A stretch of DNA of 64,000 nt from a virus (taxonomy: Duplodnaviria; Caudoviricetes). A model generated the notes under the pieces. The model made no database searches, was not told the DNA's origin, and worked only from the letters and a program-made list of their open reading frames with translations. Both the position numbers and the translations under genes were made by a program. The DNA is taken from positions 1,085 through 65,084 of the IMG/VR virus record IMGVR_UViG_3300044996_000325, one strand, 5' to 3'. Positions 26,976 through 35,968 of the stretch are shown in pieces; the first letter of the stretch is position 1; every line of letters starts with the position of its first letter.

Positions 26976-27704
26976 ATGACCACCTGGGCGCAATTTCTTT
27001 CCGAAATCCGAGCAGAGCTTGACGATACGGGGACAACCCCCCGCTATTCTGACGCTCTCCTACTCATCTATGCAAAGGACGCGGTACGGGATTACTCCCA
27101 ATACTTTCCGCTCCATGTCGTGGATGAGGAGCTGGAGACCGTAGACGGCGAAACCCGTCAGTTCTCACTCCCTACCGATATGATGGCCATTGACGACGTT
27201 CAATGCCCGGAGGGTTCTCGGCTTCAGGAACGGACTGAGCGCCCAGGTGCTTTGCGGACATCAACAACCAAGCCGATGTTTTACTGGATCGACGGAAGTT
27301 CGTTGGTCCTGAACGCTGACCCTGGAGAGGGCGAGGCAGTGCTGCTTTCCTACTTCGCCCTTCATCCGCTTCCGTTCGCCACCGAAGAAGTAGATGGCGG
27401 TGGCGTTGTTCCCGAGGAGGAACCAGAGGTATACACCTTCACGATCCCCGAAGGTGACATGGAGCTCATCAAGAACTACGTTCTTGGCAAGGTCCAAATG
27501 CGTGTCCGCAACAACCAGTCCCGTCTCGACCGCTTCAAGGTAACCTCCGGCGCTCGTGACGACAATCCGATGATCGTCGAGGTCGAGGACTATATGGACC
27601 GCTACCTGAAGGGTATCGCTCTCCGTCTCCGCGGCGGTGTTGTTCAACTTTATCGCCCACGCAGGTTCCTGCGCTCCACGATGATCCGAAGGTATCCGAA
27701 CTAA
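26976..27704 (+). CDS. head-tail adaptor/neck protein
   Basis: TWAQFLSEIRAELDD...RYSDALLLIY; position after capsid gene. Confidence 0.65.
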   Translation: MTTWAQFLSEIRAELDDTGTTPRYSDALLLIYAKDAVRDYSQYFPLHVVDEELETVDGETRQFSLPTDMMAIDDVQCPEGSRLQERTERPGALRTSTTKPMFYWIDGSSLVLNADPGEGEAVLLSYFALHPLPFATEEVDGGGVVPEEEPEVYTFTIPEGDMELIKNYVLGKVQMRVRNNQSRLDRFKVTSGARDDNPMIVEVEDYMDRYLKGIALRLRGGVVQLYRPRRFLRSTMIRRYPN

Positions 27705-28300
27705 TGGGCATTCATTCCGAAATCCTGTCCTATATCCTCGAAGAGATGCAAAACGCAATGATCGACGAGGTGCTGGACATCCAGCCCGAGGACGAAAATG
27801 GCGATCCGGTCGGAGATCCGATCACCGATCCGACGAAAGCCGGGATAGTCCTTATCGGAAACCTCCAGGGCGAACCTGGCCCAGACGGCGCCCGCATTTC
27901 CGTCATGCTGTACGCCAACGATCCTGACGTTATTGTCGCTGGCTCCCCTTCGGGAATGGAGCGTGGTTGGTCCGACGAGATCTATCACATCGAAAGCAAT
28001 GGGACCGCCACGTACGTTCGAAGGTTTTCCTGCAAGATCCGCTGTCTGTTCGCAGACAGCCGCGAGGATCACCCCACATCTCTTGAGTATGCCAGCACGG
28101 TGCGCGACCGTGCAGAGACTTTGCTGCTTTCCCTACCGTTTACCGGCGTGGTGTCTGGAAACGAACGCGTATCCCGCCCGATCTTCGCAGAGGATCTGAA
28201 GAGCGAGATGCTCCAGGCTGGAGGCCCCCCGGATCAGTACGACTATCTGATCAAAATCCGTTTTAGCGTTCTCACAACGAGAACAGGAGCTCTCACATGA
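27704..28300 (+). CDS. putative tail terminator/neck protein
   Basis: position before tail tube gene. Confidence 0.55.
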   Translation: MGIHSEILSYILEEMQNAMIDEVLDIQPEDENGDPVGDPITDPTKAGIVLIGNLQGEPGPDGARISVMLYANDPDVIVAGSPSGMERGWSDEIYHIESNGTATYVRRFSCKIRCLFADSREDHPTSLEYASTVRDRAETLLLSLPFTGVVSGNERVSRPIFAEDLKSEMLQAGGPPDQYDYLIKIRFSVLTTRTGALT

Positions 28301-29361
28301 CTGCTGCAGAAAAGACCGTAATTGGTCTCGCTCTCCAGACCGAGAAGGATACCCCGAACACCACCGACGCGGACTTCAGCTACGTCCTCTTCCGTGATGG
28401 AGGCCTCGCCCCGACCCCTATCAACCTGCCCCTCGACCCCGAAGTTGGTGGCGGCCCGTTGCTTCGCAACGTGGTCAAGGCCGGTGTGATGACCGGTGGT
28501 TCCTTGTCTATCATCCCGCGTCCGCATACCCTTGGATGGTTCCTGTATGGCATCCTCGGAAAGGATGCCGTTACCGCCGGCGGCTTGGGCAAGGACGACT
28601 ACACCCACAAGTTCACGCACAACACCGATCCCTATGAACTGCCGTGGTTCACGGGACGTCAGGCCCCGGGCCGTTTGTGGGGCGAAGTCTATCCCAATCT
28701 CCGTGTCGCATCCCTGGTCCTGTCCTGGCGCGCCGCCCGCTTCCTCGAAGGCGAAGTCTCCTTTATGGGCGCCGCCGCCCCGGGCGACATCGTCGACGCC
28801 GCAGATGTCGAAGCGAACTGGGATTATGACACCCAGGTCGACAATGGCCCGCAGTTCCTCGCCCCTCTCGGCGATATCGAACTTCCGACCGCCACGGATA
28901 TCCAGGTTCTCTCTGGCGCTTTCGCGGCTCAGCTGGCATATCCGGTCGATGAGCAGATGATCGTTGGGTCCTACGCCCCGTACGACCTGAGTGTTGTTCA
29001 GCGTTCGTACTCGATCTCCATGGCCGTGCGCGTCGAAGACGATGTCTTCTACAACAAGATGATGATCGATCCCGCTGGCGGAGCGACCTGGCTTGCTGAC
29101 CTGATGAAGGAAGGCAGTTTCAAGCTGGCATTCAACTCCAACGTCGAGGCCGAGGATGGCAAGCCATACTCCCTGACCATCGCCGCGAATGGCGGTTCTG
29201 GATCTTCCGGGAACGTGATCTGGACTGCCCGCCCCCTGAACTTCCGCGCTGGTCGCCAGATCATCATGGCTCTTACCGGTACGTTCCTCGCCGACGCCAC
29301 CAAGCCGATCGAGGTCACCTTGGTCAATCAGACCGCCGCTTACGCTCCGGTCGGCCCGTAA
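28297..29361 (+). CDS. major tail tube protein
   Basis: IGLALQTEKDTP...YTHKFT; position before chaperone and tape measure. Confidence 0.75.
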   Translation: MTAAEKTVIGLALQTEKDTPNTTDADFSYVLFRDGGLAPTPINLPLDPEVGGGPLLRNVVKAGVMTGGSLSIIPRPHTLGWFLYGILGKDAVTAGGLGKDDYTHKFTHNTDPYELPWFTGRQAPGRLWGEVYPNLRVASLVLSWRAARFLEGEVSFMGAAAPGDIVDAADVEANWDYDTQVDNGPQFLAPLGDIELPTATDIQVLSGAFAAQLAYPVDEQMIVGSYAPYDLSVVQRSYSISMAVRVEDDVFYNKMMIDPAGGATWLADLMKEGSFKLAFNSNVEAEDGKPYSLTIAANGGSGSSGNVIWTARPLNFRAGRQIIMALTGTFLADATKPIEVTLVNQTAAYAPVGP

Positions 29362-29425
29362 CCTTTCAACCAGTTTCCGGCGTCTGAAAGGACGCCGGAA
29401 ACACCTTGAATTCTGGAGGATAAAC

Positions 29426-29821
29426 ATGTTCGAAAAGTACGCCATCGTTTCTCCCGTCACTCACACCTTTGAGAAAGACCCTGACTACTGGTGGAAGATC
29501 CGGCCCGCTCTGCTCGCTGACGAGATCGAGCTGGCGCGCTTCCTGCAGGAAGGGCGCGTCGTTATCGACGAGAAGGGCGAAAAGATCACGTTCCCGTGGT
29601 CGATCGTTGAGAGTGCCGTCTTCCAGCTGTCGACGCTCTTCGCTGGCACCAACCTGGTCGACGAAAAAGGAAAAGAGCTCCTGCCTGAGAATGCCAAGCG
29701 TGAAAAAGTCGCCGATGTCCTCAAGACATTCCCGACCGCTGTCGTTCTCGAGCTGTGGAGTGCCCTTGGCGAAGCGGTCCCGGGCTGGGGGAACGCCTCC
29801 AACAGGTCCTCAAAAAACTAA
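29426..29821 (+). CDS. tail assembly chaperone (gpG-like)
   Basis: position; ends A AAA AAC TAA. Confidence 0.75.
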   Translation: MFEKYAIVSPVTHTFEKDPDYWWKIRPALLADEIELARFLQEGRVVIDEKGEKITFPWSIVESAVFQLSTLFAGTNLVDEKGKELLPENAKREKVADVLKTFPTAVVLELWSALGEAVPGWGNASNRSSKN

Positions 29822-30090
29822 AGAAGTTCTTCGACGCCGCGGGAACGAGACCTTCTGATCTCGAGGAGGTCGTCAGAGATGCAGTTGCGAATGATACAAA
29901 CGATCTTGCTCTAGCGCAACTCATCGAGGCGACGGTGGCCTCCATAATCGGGCAAAGACCGATGTTTCCATCGGTGATCGAAGAACCAATCTTCTACCGC
30001 CGGTATTTCGAGAAATGGGTGCGTGAGGCTGCCCTGGAGCAGAAGGCGATCAACAAGTTCATCCACGACGCCACCCATCCACAGGAATAG
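29812..30090 (+). CDS. -1 frameshift extension of chaperone (gpGT-like)
   Basis: slippery AAAAAAC at 29812-29818; -1 frame open to 30090. Confidence 0.75.
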   Translation, partial: KKLKKFFDAAGTRPSDLEEVVRDAVANDTNDLALAQLIEATVASIIGQRPMFPSVIEEPIFYRRYFEKWVREAALEQKAINKFIHDATHPQE

Positions 30091-30152
30091 AAAACAGCCG
30101 GCTGAAGGGATAGCCTCCGTCCCTGAAGCCGGCTGTTGAACAACGGGATCTC

Positions 30153-33100
30153 ATGGACTTCATTGACGAAGTAGAACACCAGCGAGATTACATGAAAGAC
30201 CTCGCGGCCAGCTCTGTCAGGCTGCCGAAAGAGGTCTCTGAATTCCTCTTCGATAAGCTGCAGGGTCGTGCAGCAGATGGCCTTCTCCATCTCGAAGAGG
30301 CTTTGCCGCGTCACCCGGGAATGAATATTCCCGAGAGTGTCAAGACATACGGCGACGCTCGCGACATTCTGCTTCGTTCTGCGATCCCGCAGATCCACGA
30401 TTTTGCCCTCAAAGAGATCTCCAGGGCTGATGATCCGCGCATCTATGGCGACGCGTTCAATACGGCATTTCAGCATCTGACGGAGATTGTATCCTCGAGG
30501 AACGAGGAAGGGCTTACGTTTTCTGGTGCCCTTGATCGGTCGTTCAATCAGTCGTCCATTGAGAACCGCAAGAGTTCTAGGCTTGCTTCGCGCGAACGCC
30601 CTCTCACCGAGGATATGTCGTACTTCCCGCCGAGCATGTTCTCCGATCCTCGCGTTCAGGACATTGCCGCTCGAAACCGCGAAACCGTAGGCATTGTCGC
30701 CTCCAATATGTGGATGGGGACTGGTGAGGGTAAGACGCACGTTCGCGACATGTCATTCCCGGAGCTTGTCGAGAGCTATCTCACGACCGAGAACGGGTCT
30801 ACCAGGCCGACGAACATCTACACTCCCACTGGCGATCTGTACGTGAATGGTGAGCGCCAGCCATATGTGCTCGGTCCCCGTGATGGTTGGAAGCAGGTGT
30901 CGATCGGCGCCGAGAACGTCACTGACGTTATCAATTATTGGAGCGCATCCAGAGGAAAGCCTCGCGCCGTTTTCCAGGAAGAGATATTCCAGCAGTACTC
31001 CAACGAGAAATTTGGTGGTCGCCTCGGTGTCATGTCGCGATCTCTCGAAGGAGTGAATGCTGCCGAGCTCGAGGTTCAGTACGATCAGAAGCGCGATCTG
31101 TTCATGGAGCGCGCTGGCATGGCTACTCCTGGGAAAGTAGGTCCCCGCCCGCAGGTTGGATGGGGTGCCAGCCCGTACTCCAACAACGACCCGGAGCGCT
31201 TCTGGGGACGCAAAGCAGGGGACAGCGACAGCGCCTTCTCTCCCGGCATTGAGCTTGAGTGGGGCGAGCGTGACATCAAGGCGACGATCAACTCCATCCG
31301 CAGCGGGAAATACTCGGACTGGATCATTGGTCGTACTGACAAGGGAAAGCTACGCGCCGAGCCTGGCTCTCTCAACTCTTCTGAGTTGCTGACCGATGAC
31401 CAGGTCGACGCCTTCGAGCGCTTCCTCTACCACAAGCTCGAAACGACCGGTGGCTCCGGTAGCATGCCGCGCTTGTTCTATGGCGCGTACGGCGACATCG
31501 CGAATATGTCCGATGCTGGAGACGAAGTCACTGTCAATGCTTCCGTCCTTGGCAAAGGCAAGGTAAAGGTTGCCTACGGGGCATTCACGGGTGCCGGCGT
31601 CCAGAGCGAAGTATTTGCACAAGCTCAGGCGATCGAGGAATTTCGCCGCGACACCAAGACGATCACTCAGGCCATGAACGCATCTGAGCCTGATCCTCTT
31701 GCCGCATTTGATCAGCCATCTCCTGCCGGCAAAGTTGCTGCGCTGAAAGCGAGGATGGCCGCCGATCAGGTGAAGGCCGCCGAGGCGTTTGACAAGGCTC
31801 CAGAAGCAGGAGACCCTGCTACTGCGCAGGAACTCGCCGAGACCGATGGGCGCGTAATGCACCTATTCACAGCCGAGGGCAATATGGCAAAAAAGAAGCT
31901 GTCGATAAATATCGATAACGAGAAGGCTGCCGCTGACGCGTCTGCCATCACGAACTCTGACGCATTTGCTCAGCTGCGCGCCCAGGCTGCCGCTATTCGC
32001 GAGGATAAAAGTCGCGGTATTTTTGACGACAGTATTCCTTCTGCTTCGAAAGTTATCGAGGCCAGTGGATCAAGTGCCTCTACCGGAGATGCTGTTTCTG
32101 GTATCAGTCGCGATGCCGTTGACAACAACGTCAAGCAATGGGTTGATGCCGGAAAACGCCAGGGGCCCCCGTCTACTGGGCAGGCCGCTGGTCCTGTTGC
32201 CGACGCTGTTGCCAATTCTCGCGAACAGTACCGCAGAGGGATGTCTGGCTGGGACAGCACCTCGATCGAGAGCATGGGCCGCGATATGGCCCACGACATC
32301 GGTCCTCACGACTTCTTTGAGGAAAACCCCCTTGGGTCGCGGCGGTTTGTCCGCGGCAAGAACGGGGCTCTTGGCGTTCAGTACGCCGACAAGGATGGTA
32401 ACGTCACCATCTCGGAAGGCGTTACAAAGCAGGCTCTCGAGGGCGCGAAGACCGCAATCCAGTATGCCTTCGACAAGGGCGCCGCAAATCTCAGCGCCGA
32501 AGAGCTCCCGGCGACGCTGATCAAGTATGCCGGTGAATATCTCCGGAAGGTATTCAGCTCGACCTCTCATGAAGGCGCTCAGATGCAGTCGCTGGCGACT
32601 GGTCTTGTGCGCGAGTATAGCGCCAAGCTCTCCGATAAACTTGGCAACGGAGACAGTTCCGCCGGGTCGAGATCTTCCCTGTATGCGAGTGGCGTCGCTC
32701 GCGATCTCAAATCCCCGGAGGATGTCGCTTCGGCGATGTCCGAGGATCCTGGTCTGGCTGCGCGTGCCGAAGCTCTCGGCATGACGCCCGAGGCTATGTT
32801 CCAGTCTGGCGCCGTCTTCCGTGGCGATGGCGGCTATTACGACATGGGTGGTGGCGGGTTCGGCTCAGGCGGAATGAGTGGCCGTGGTGTCGGTGGTTAC
32901 CGTGGTGGCCAGCGTGGTCGCGATGGCCTTCGTTCTCCGTACCAGGAAGATATCGGTCGTGTCATGCAGTCGCTCTTCATGGCCGGCCTTGTTTGGAATT
33001 CAACTGGCGGACAGTACGTCGAGGCAGCCAATGCGTACGCTGGCGGCCAGGCAGATGCCATGTCCGCATATACGTTTGGCGGCGGCGGCCCTGGTGGTTC

Positions 33101-35561
33101 CGCTGCGGCTTATCCGTCGATGGCGTCTTTCTCTGCCGATCGGCTCGGACGCGTTGCCTGGGATCAGTGGGGCAGCATTCTTCAGGCCGGAACGAGGCTG
33201 ACAAATAACGAAGGCCTCCTGAATGCTGGTATGGCCGGAGTTTCGGGTATTGGCGCCGGATTGATCGCTGGCTTTGGAACCTCTCAGCTTGGAGGGTGGA
33301 TCACCGGGATCGGTGCGTCCGGAATATTTGGAAGTTCGTCGATTGGCATCGCTGGCGCTGGTGCAACAATTGCTGGTGCCGCCCTTCCAGTTGGCCTTGG
33401 CGTTGGTGTCGTAACTGCCGGCTATCTTGGATACCAGGGCAATCGCAGCGCGGCTCTTGAACACGCCGCCATGGGCGAGGACGTCAGTCCTCTGTCTTAT
33501 ACGATGGCGAGCCTTTTCAACGGCGGAGTAAACGACTTTGTTTCCGGGACGCCGACGCAAGAGCAGATGCGAGCCTCTCTCCTTGCTGGGAAGAGCGAAG
33601 TCGAAATTGCAGCCCTGAGGACGCAGGGACTGATCGACAGGACTGCCGACAGTGTAAGTGACCTCGGATATAACGCCAACGAAGCAAAGGCAATGATCGG
33701 ACAGCTTTCGCAGTTCATCGGCGGCGATAGTTCCGACACTACAGCGTATGCCGGCTTGATCATGCGCGGTGCCGCAAAACAGGGCCAGGGCGTAATGCAG
33801 CTCGCCCAGGACATTTCCGGCGTTGCTTCCGGTCGTGGTTACCTGCGCGGCACGTCTGAGTGGCGATATCTCGCCGCACAGATGTCCGACCTCTCCCTGA
33901 CCGATCTGCAGGAGTTCAGTGTCGCCGAGGGCCAGCAGGCTCAACTGAACAGCTCTTGGGCGCGCAATCTGAACACCGAGAACTGGACCCGCACTGCGTA
34001 CGATATCAACCAGACCGTCTTCGGCGGCCATATGACTGCGGGTCAGTCGTCAGCAATGAGCTCTCTCCTCGGGAGAGCAAGCGTGGCTGGCGTCAACGTC
34101 GACGGAAACATGGGCATGTCATATGCCGGCATGGTCGCCTCTCTCGGAAGTATTGGGGCGATGGGTGCTGGCGATGCAGGCATGGCTCTCGCTGGATACG
34201 GAACGACATCTGCTCAGCAGGGATCGTTCTTCAACCAGGGCGCAAGTTTCTACAACTCCGCCCAGCTCGCTGGACTTCCCCCGGCGATGCTCAATCAGAT
34301 GCTTGGCGGAAACCAGATGGCACTGTCGAACCTGTCCGCATTTACCGGGACCGGTTATCAATTCTTTGACCAGAGTGGCGTCCGGGCTGGCGTCCTAACC
34401 GGTGGCAATGCGATCATGAACTACGCTCAGGCCATTGGCATGCCATCCAATTCAAACTACAACCAGGTCCTCGACCAGGCTGGCTTTTCTGCCAATCCCG
34501 AAGCGAGAAAGGCCTATATCGAAGGTGGCTCGATGGGCCTGAGCCAGTACTATTCTGATAAGTTGTACCAGAACCAGCTTGCTTCCATTGGCATCGGCTT
34601 CGCTCGCATCAATCAGCAGCAAAACTACCTGTGGGGCGCCGACCAGGGCGGGACGTGGGAAAACCCGACTGCCGGGTCGTCCTGGGGCATCCAGAACAGG
34701 CAGATTGCTGTTCAGTGGGAAGGTACGCAGGCACAGCAGCAGCACTCGCTTGCTTCCGAGGCCGCCCAGATCTCGTATACCCGGCAAAGCCAGGGTATTC
34801 AGTATCAGCAGTACCAGACGAACCTCTCTCAGCAGTACTGGAGCGCAGGCTTTGGCTACCAGACCAGCCTGATGCAGCGCGAGCAGTCTCGCGAAAATTA
34901 CGCATTTGGAATGCAGATGGACCAGATGCAGTTCGGCTGGGGCATCCAGGATATCGATGAGCAGATCCGCCGCTCGTCCGGTTATCAGCGCGCTCTGCTT
35001 GAGCGCCAGCGTGGCCGCATGACTACCGCTCAGAACCTGGAAGTGCAGCACAAGGAAGAGGTGCAAGACACTCAGGAGAAGCTCTGGTCGCGCCAGGACG
35101 AGGAATATCGCAAGCAGATCTCTCACATGCAGGAGATCCAGAAACTTGAGGAAAAGAACTACACCCTCATGCGTTCTCACACCGAGGAGATGTATGACCT
35201 CGGCCACAAGGAGCTTCTGCGTCAGATCGCCGAGACCAAGGAGCTTCATGAGCTTCAGATGGAGCAGCTTCGCCTCGACAGGGAGAACCAGCAGAAAAAC
35301 ATCGAGTTCCAGAAGGCCAGCCTTGGTATTCAGGCTGAGAGTGCACGTATCCAGAAGGAACAGTCGGATAACCAGCGCGCCACCCAGAAGATGCAGGAAA
35401 CGAGCCAGGGAGCGTGGAGCAAGATTGTCAGCGACGCCGGCGCCACTGCGAAATACGTTCAGACAATGGTCAACGCGCTGAATGGTCTTCGCGTCAGTGT
35501 CTCCGTCGGCCCAAAAGGCATCACGATCAGCGGCTCTGGAACCAACAATACGATCAAGTAG
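30153..35561 (+). CDS. tape measure protein (atypical, 1802 aa)
   Basis: longest ORF, follows G/GT pair; Gly-rich hydrophobic middle, Gln-rich coiled-coil C-terminus. Confidence 0.75.
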   Translation: MDFIDEVEHQRDYMKDLAASSVRLPKEVSEFLFDKLQGRAADGLLHLEEALPRHPGMNIPESVKTYGDARDILLRSAIPQIHDFALKEISRADDPRIYGDAFNTAFQHLTEIVSSRNEEGLTFSGALDRSFNQSSIENRKSSRLASRERPLTEDMSYFPPSMFSDPRVQDIAARNRETVGIVASNMWMGTGEGKTHVRDMSFPELVESYLTTENGSTRPTNIYTPTGDLYVNGERQPYVLGPRDGWKQVSIGAENVTDVINYWSASRGKPRAVFQEEIFQQYSNEKFGGRLGVMSRSLEGVNAAELEVQYDQKRDLFMERAGMATPGKVGPRPQVGWGASPYSNNDPERFWGRKAGDSDSAFSPGIELEWGERDIKATINSIRSGKYSDWIIGRTDKGKLRAEPGSLNSSELLTDDQVDAFERFLYHKLETTGGSGSMPRLFYGAYGDIANMSDAGDEVTVNASVLGKGKVKVAYGAFTGAGVQSEVFAQAQAIEEFRRDTKTITQAMNASEPDPLAAFDQPSPAGKVAALKARMAADQVKAAEAFDKAPEAGDPATAQELAETDGRVMHLFTAEGNMAKKKLSINIDNEKAAADASAITNSDAFAQLRAQAAAIREDKSRGIFDDSIPSASKVIEASGSSASTGDAVSGISRDAVDNNVKQWVDAGKRQGPPSTGQAAGPVADAVANSREQYRRGMSGWDSTSIESMGRDMAHDIGPHDFFEENPLGSRRFVRGKNGALGVQYADKDGNVTISEGVTKQALEGAKTAIQYAFDKGAANLSAEELPATLIKYAGEYLRKVFSSTSHEGAQMQSLATGLVREYSAKLSDKLGNGDSSAGSRSSLYASGVARDLKSPEDVASAMSEDPGLAARAEALGMTPEAMFQSGAVFRGDGGYYDMGGGGFGSGGMSGRGVGGYRGGQRGRDGLRSPYQEDIGRVMQSLFMAGLVWNSTGGQYVEAANAYAGGQADAMSAYTFGGGGPGGSAAAYPSMASFSADRLGRVAWDQWGSILQAGTRLTNNEGLLNAGMAGVSGIGAGLIAGFGTSQLGGWITGIGASGIFGSSSIGIAGAGATIAGAALPVGLGVGVVTAGYLGYQGNRSAALEHAAMGEDVSPLSYTMASLFNGGVNDFVSGTPTQEQMRASLLAGKSEVEIAALRTQGLIDRTADSVSDLGYNANEAKAMIGQLSQFIGGDSSDTTAYAGLIMRGAAKQGQGVMQLAQDISGVASGRGYLRGTSEWRYLAAQMSDLSLTDLQEFSVAEGQQAQLNSSWARNLNTENWTRTAYDINQTVFGGHMTAGQSSAMSSLLGRASVAGVNVDGNMGMSYAGMVASLGSIGAMGAGDAGMALAGYGTTSAQQGSFFNQGASFYNSAQLAGLPPAMLNQMLGGNQMALSNLSAFTGTGYQFFDQSGVRAGVLTGGNAIMNYAQAIGMPSNSNYNQVLDQAGFSANPEARKAYIEGGSMGLSQYYSDKLYQNQLASIGIGFARINQQQNYLWGADQGGTWENPTAGSSWGIQNRQIAVQWEGTQAQQQHSLASEAAQISYTRQSQGIQYQQYQTNLSQQYWSAGFGYQTSLMQREQSRENYAFGMQMDQMQFGWGIQDIDEQIRRSSGYQRALLERQRGRMTTAQNLEVQHKEEVQDTQEKLWSRQDEEYRKQISHMQEIQKLEEKNYTLMRSHTEEMYDLGHKELLRQIAETKELHELQMEQLRLDRENQQKNIEFQKASLGIQAESARIQKEQSDNQRATQKMQETSQGAWSKIVSDAGATAKYVQTMVNALNGLRVSVSVGPKGITISGSGTNNTIK

Positions 35562-35567
35562 GCAGAC

Positions 35568-35948
35568 ATGACAATGAACAATTATGTCTCGATCAATAGC
35601 AAAAATTACGCCGCACTCAGCGCGGATTGGACCCCGCGCAGTATGGTCGCGGCGCAGATCAAACCGACGATCGGCGGGCGCCTGGATGTGATCCATGGTC
35701 CTGTTGCCCTGCGCTGCTTCGTCGGCACATTGATCGTTCCAGCGGTTGCCCCAGACACCGGCTGGGGGATCATCGATGACTTCCGGGAAACGTATGGAGC
35801 CAACCAGTCCTTCACATTCGTCGATCACTACGGCACCGAGTTCACGGCGATCTTCAGTGGAAACATCGATGAAAAAAGCCTGACAAGCCAGTGGGACGCG
35901 AACAGCAATGAGTTCTATGTCCCAGTCACCATCTATCTCGTATCCTAG
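35568..35948 (+). CDS. putative distal tail protein
   Basis: 126 aa beta-rich protein after tape measure. Confidence 0.55.
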   Translation: MTMNNYVSINSKNYAALSADWTPRSMVAAQIKPTIGGRLDVIHGPVALRCFVGTLIVPAVAPDTGWGIIDDFRETYGANQSFTFVDHYGTEFTAIFSGNIDEKSLTSQWDANSNEFYVPVTIYLVS

Positions 35949-35968
35949 AACGAAGAGCCCGAAGCATA

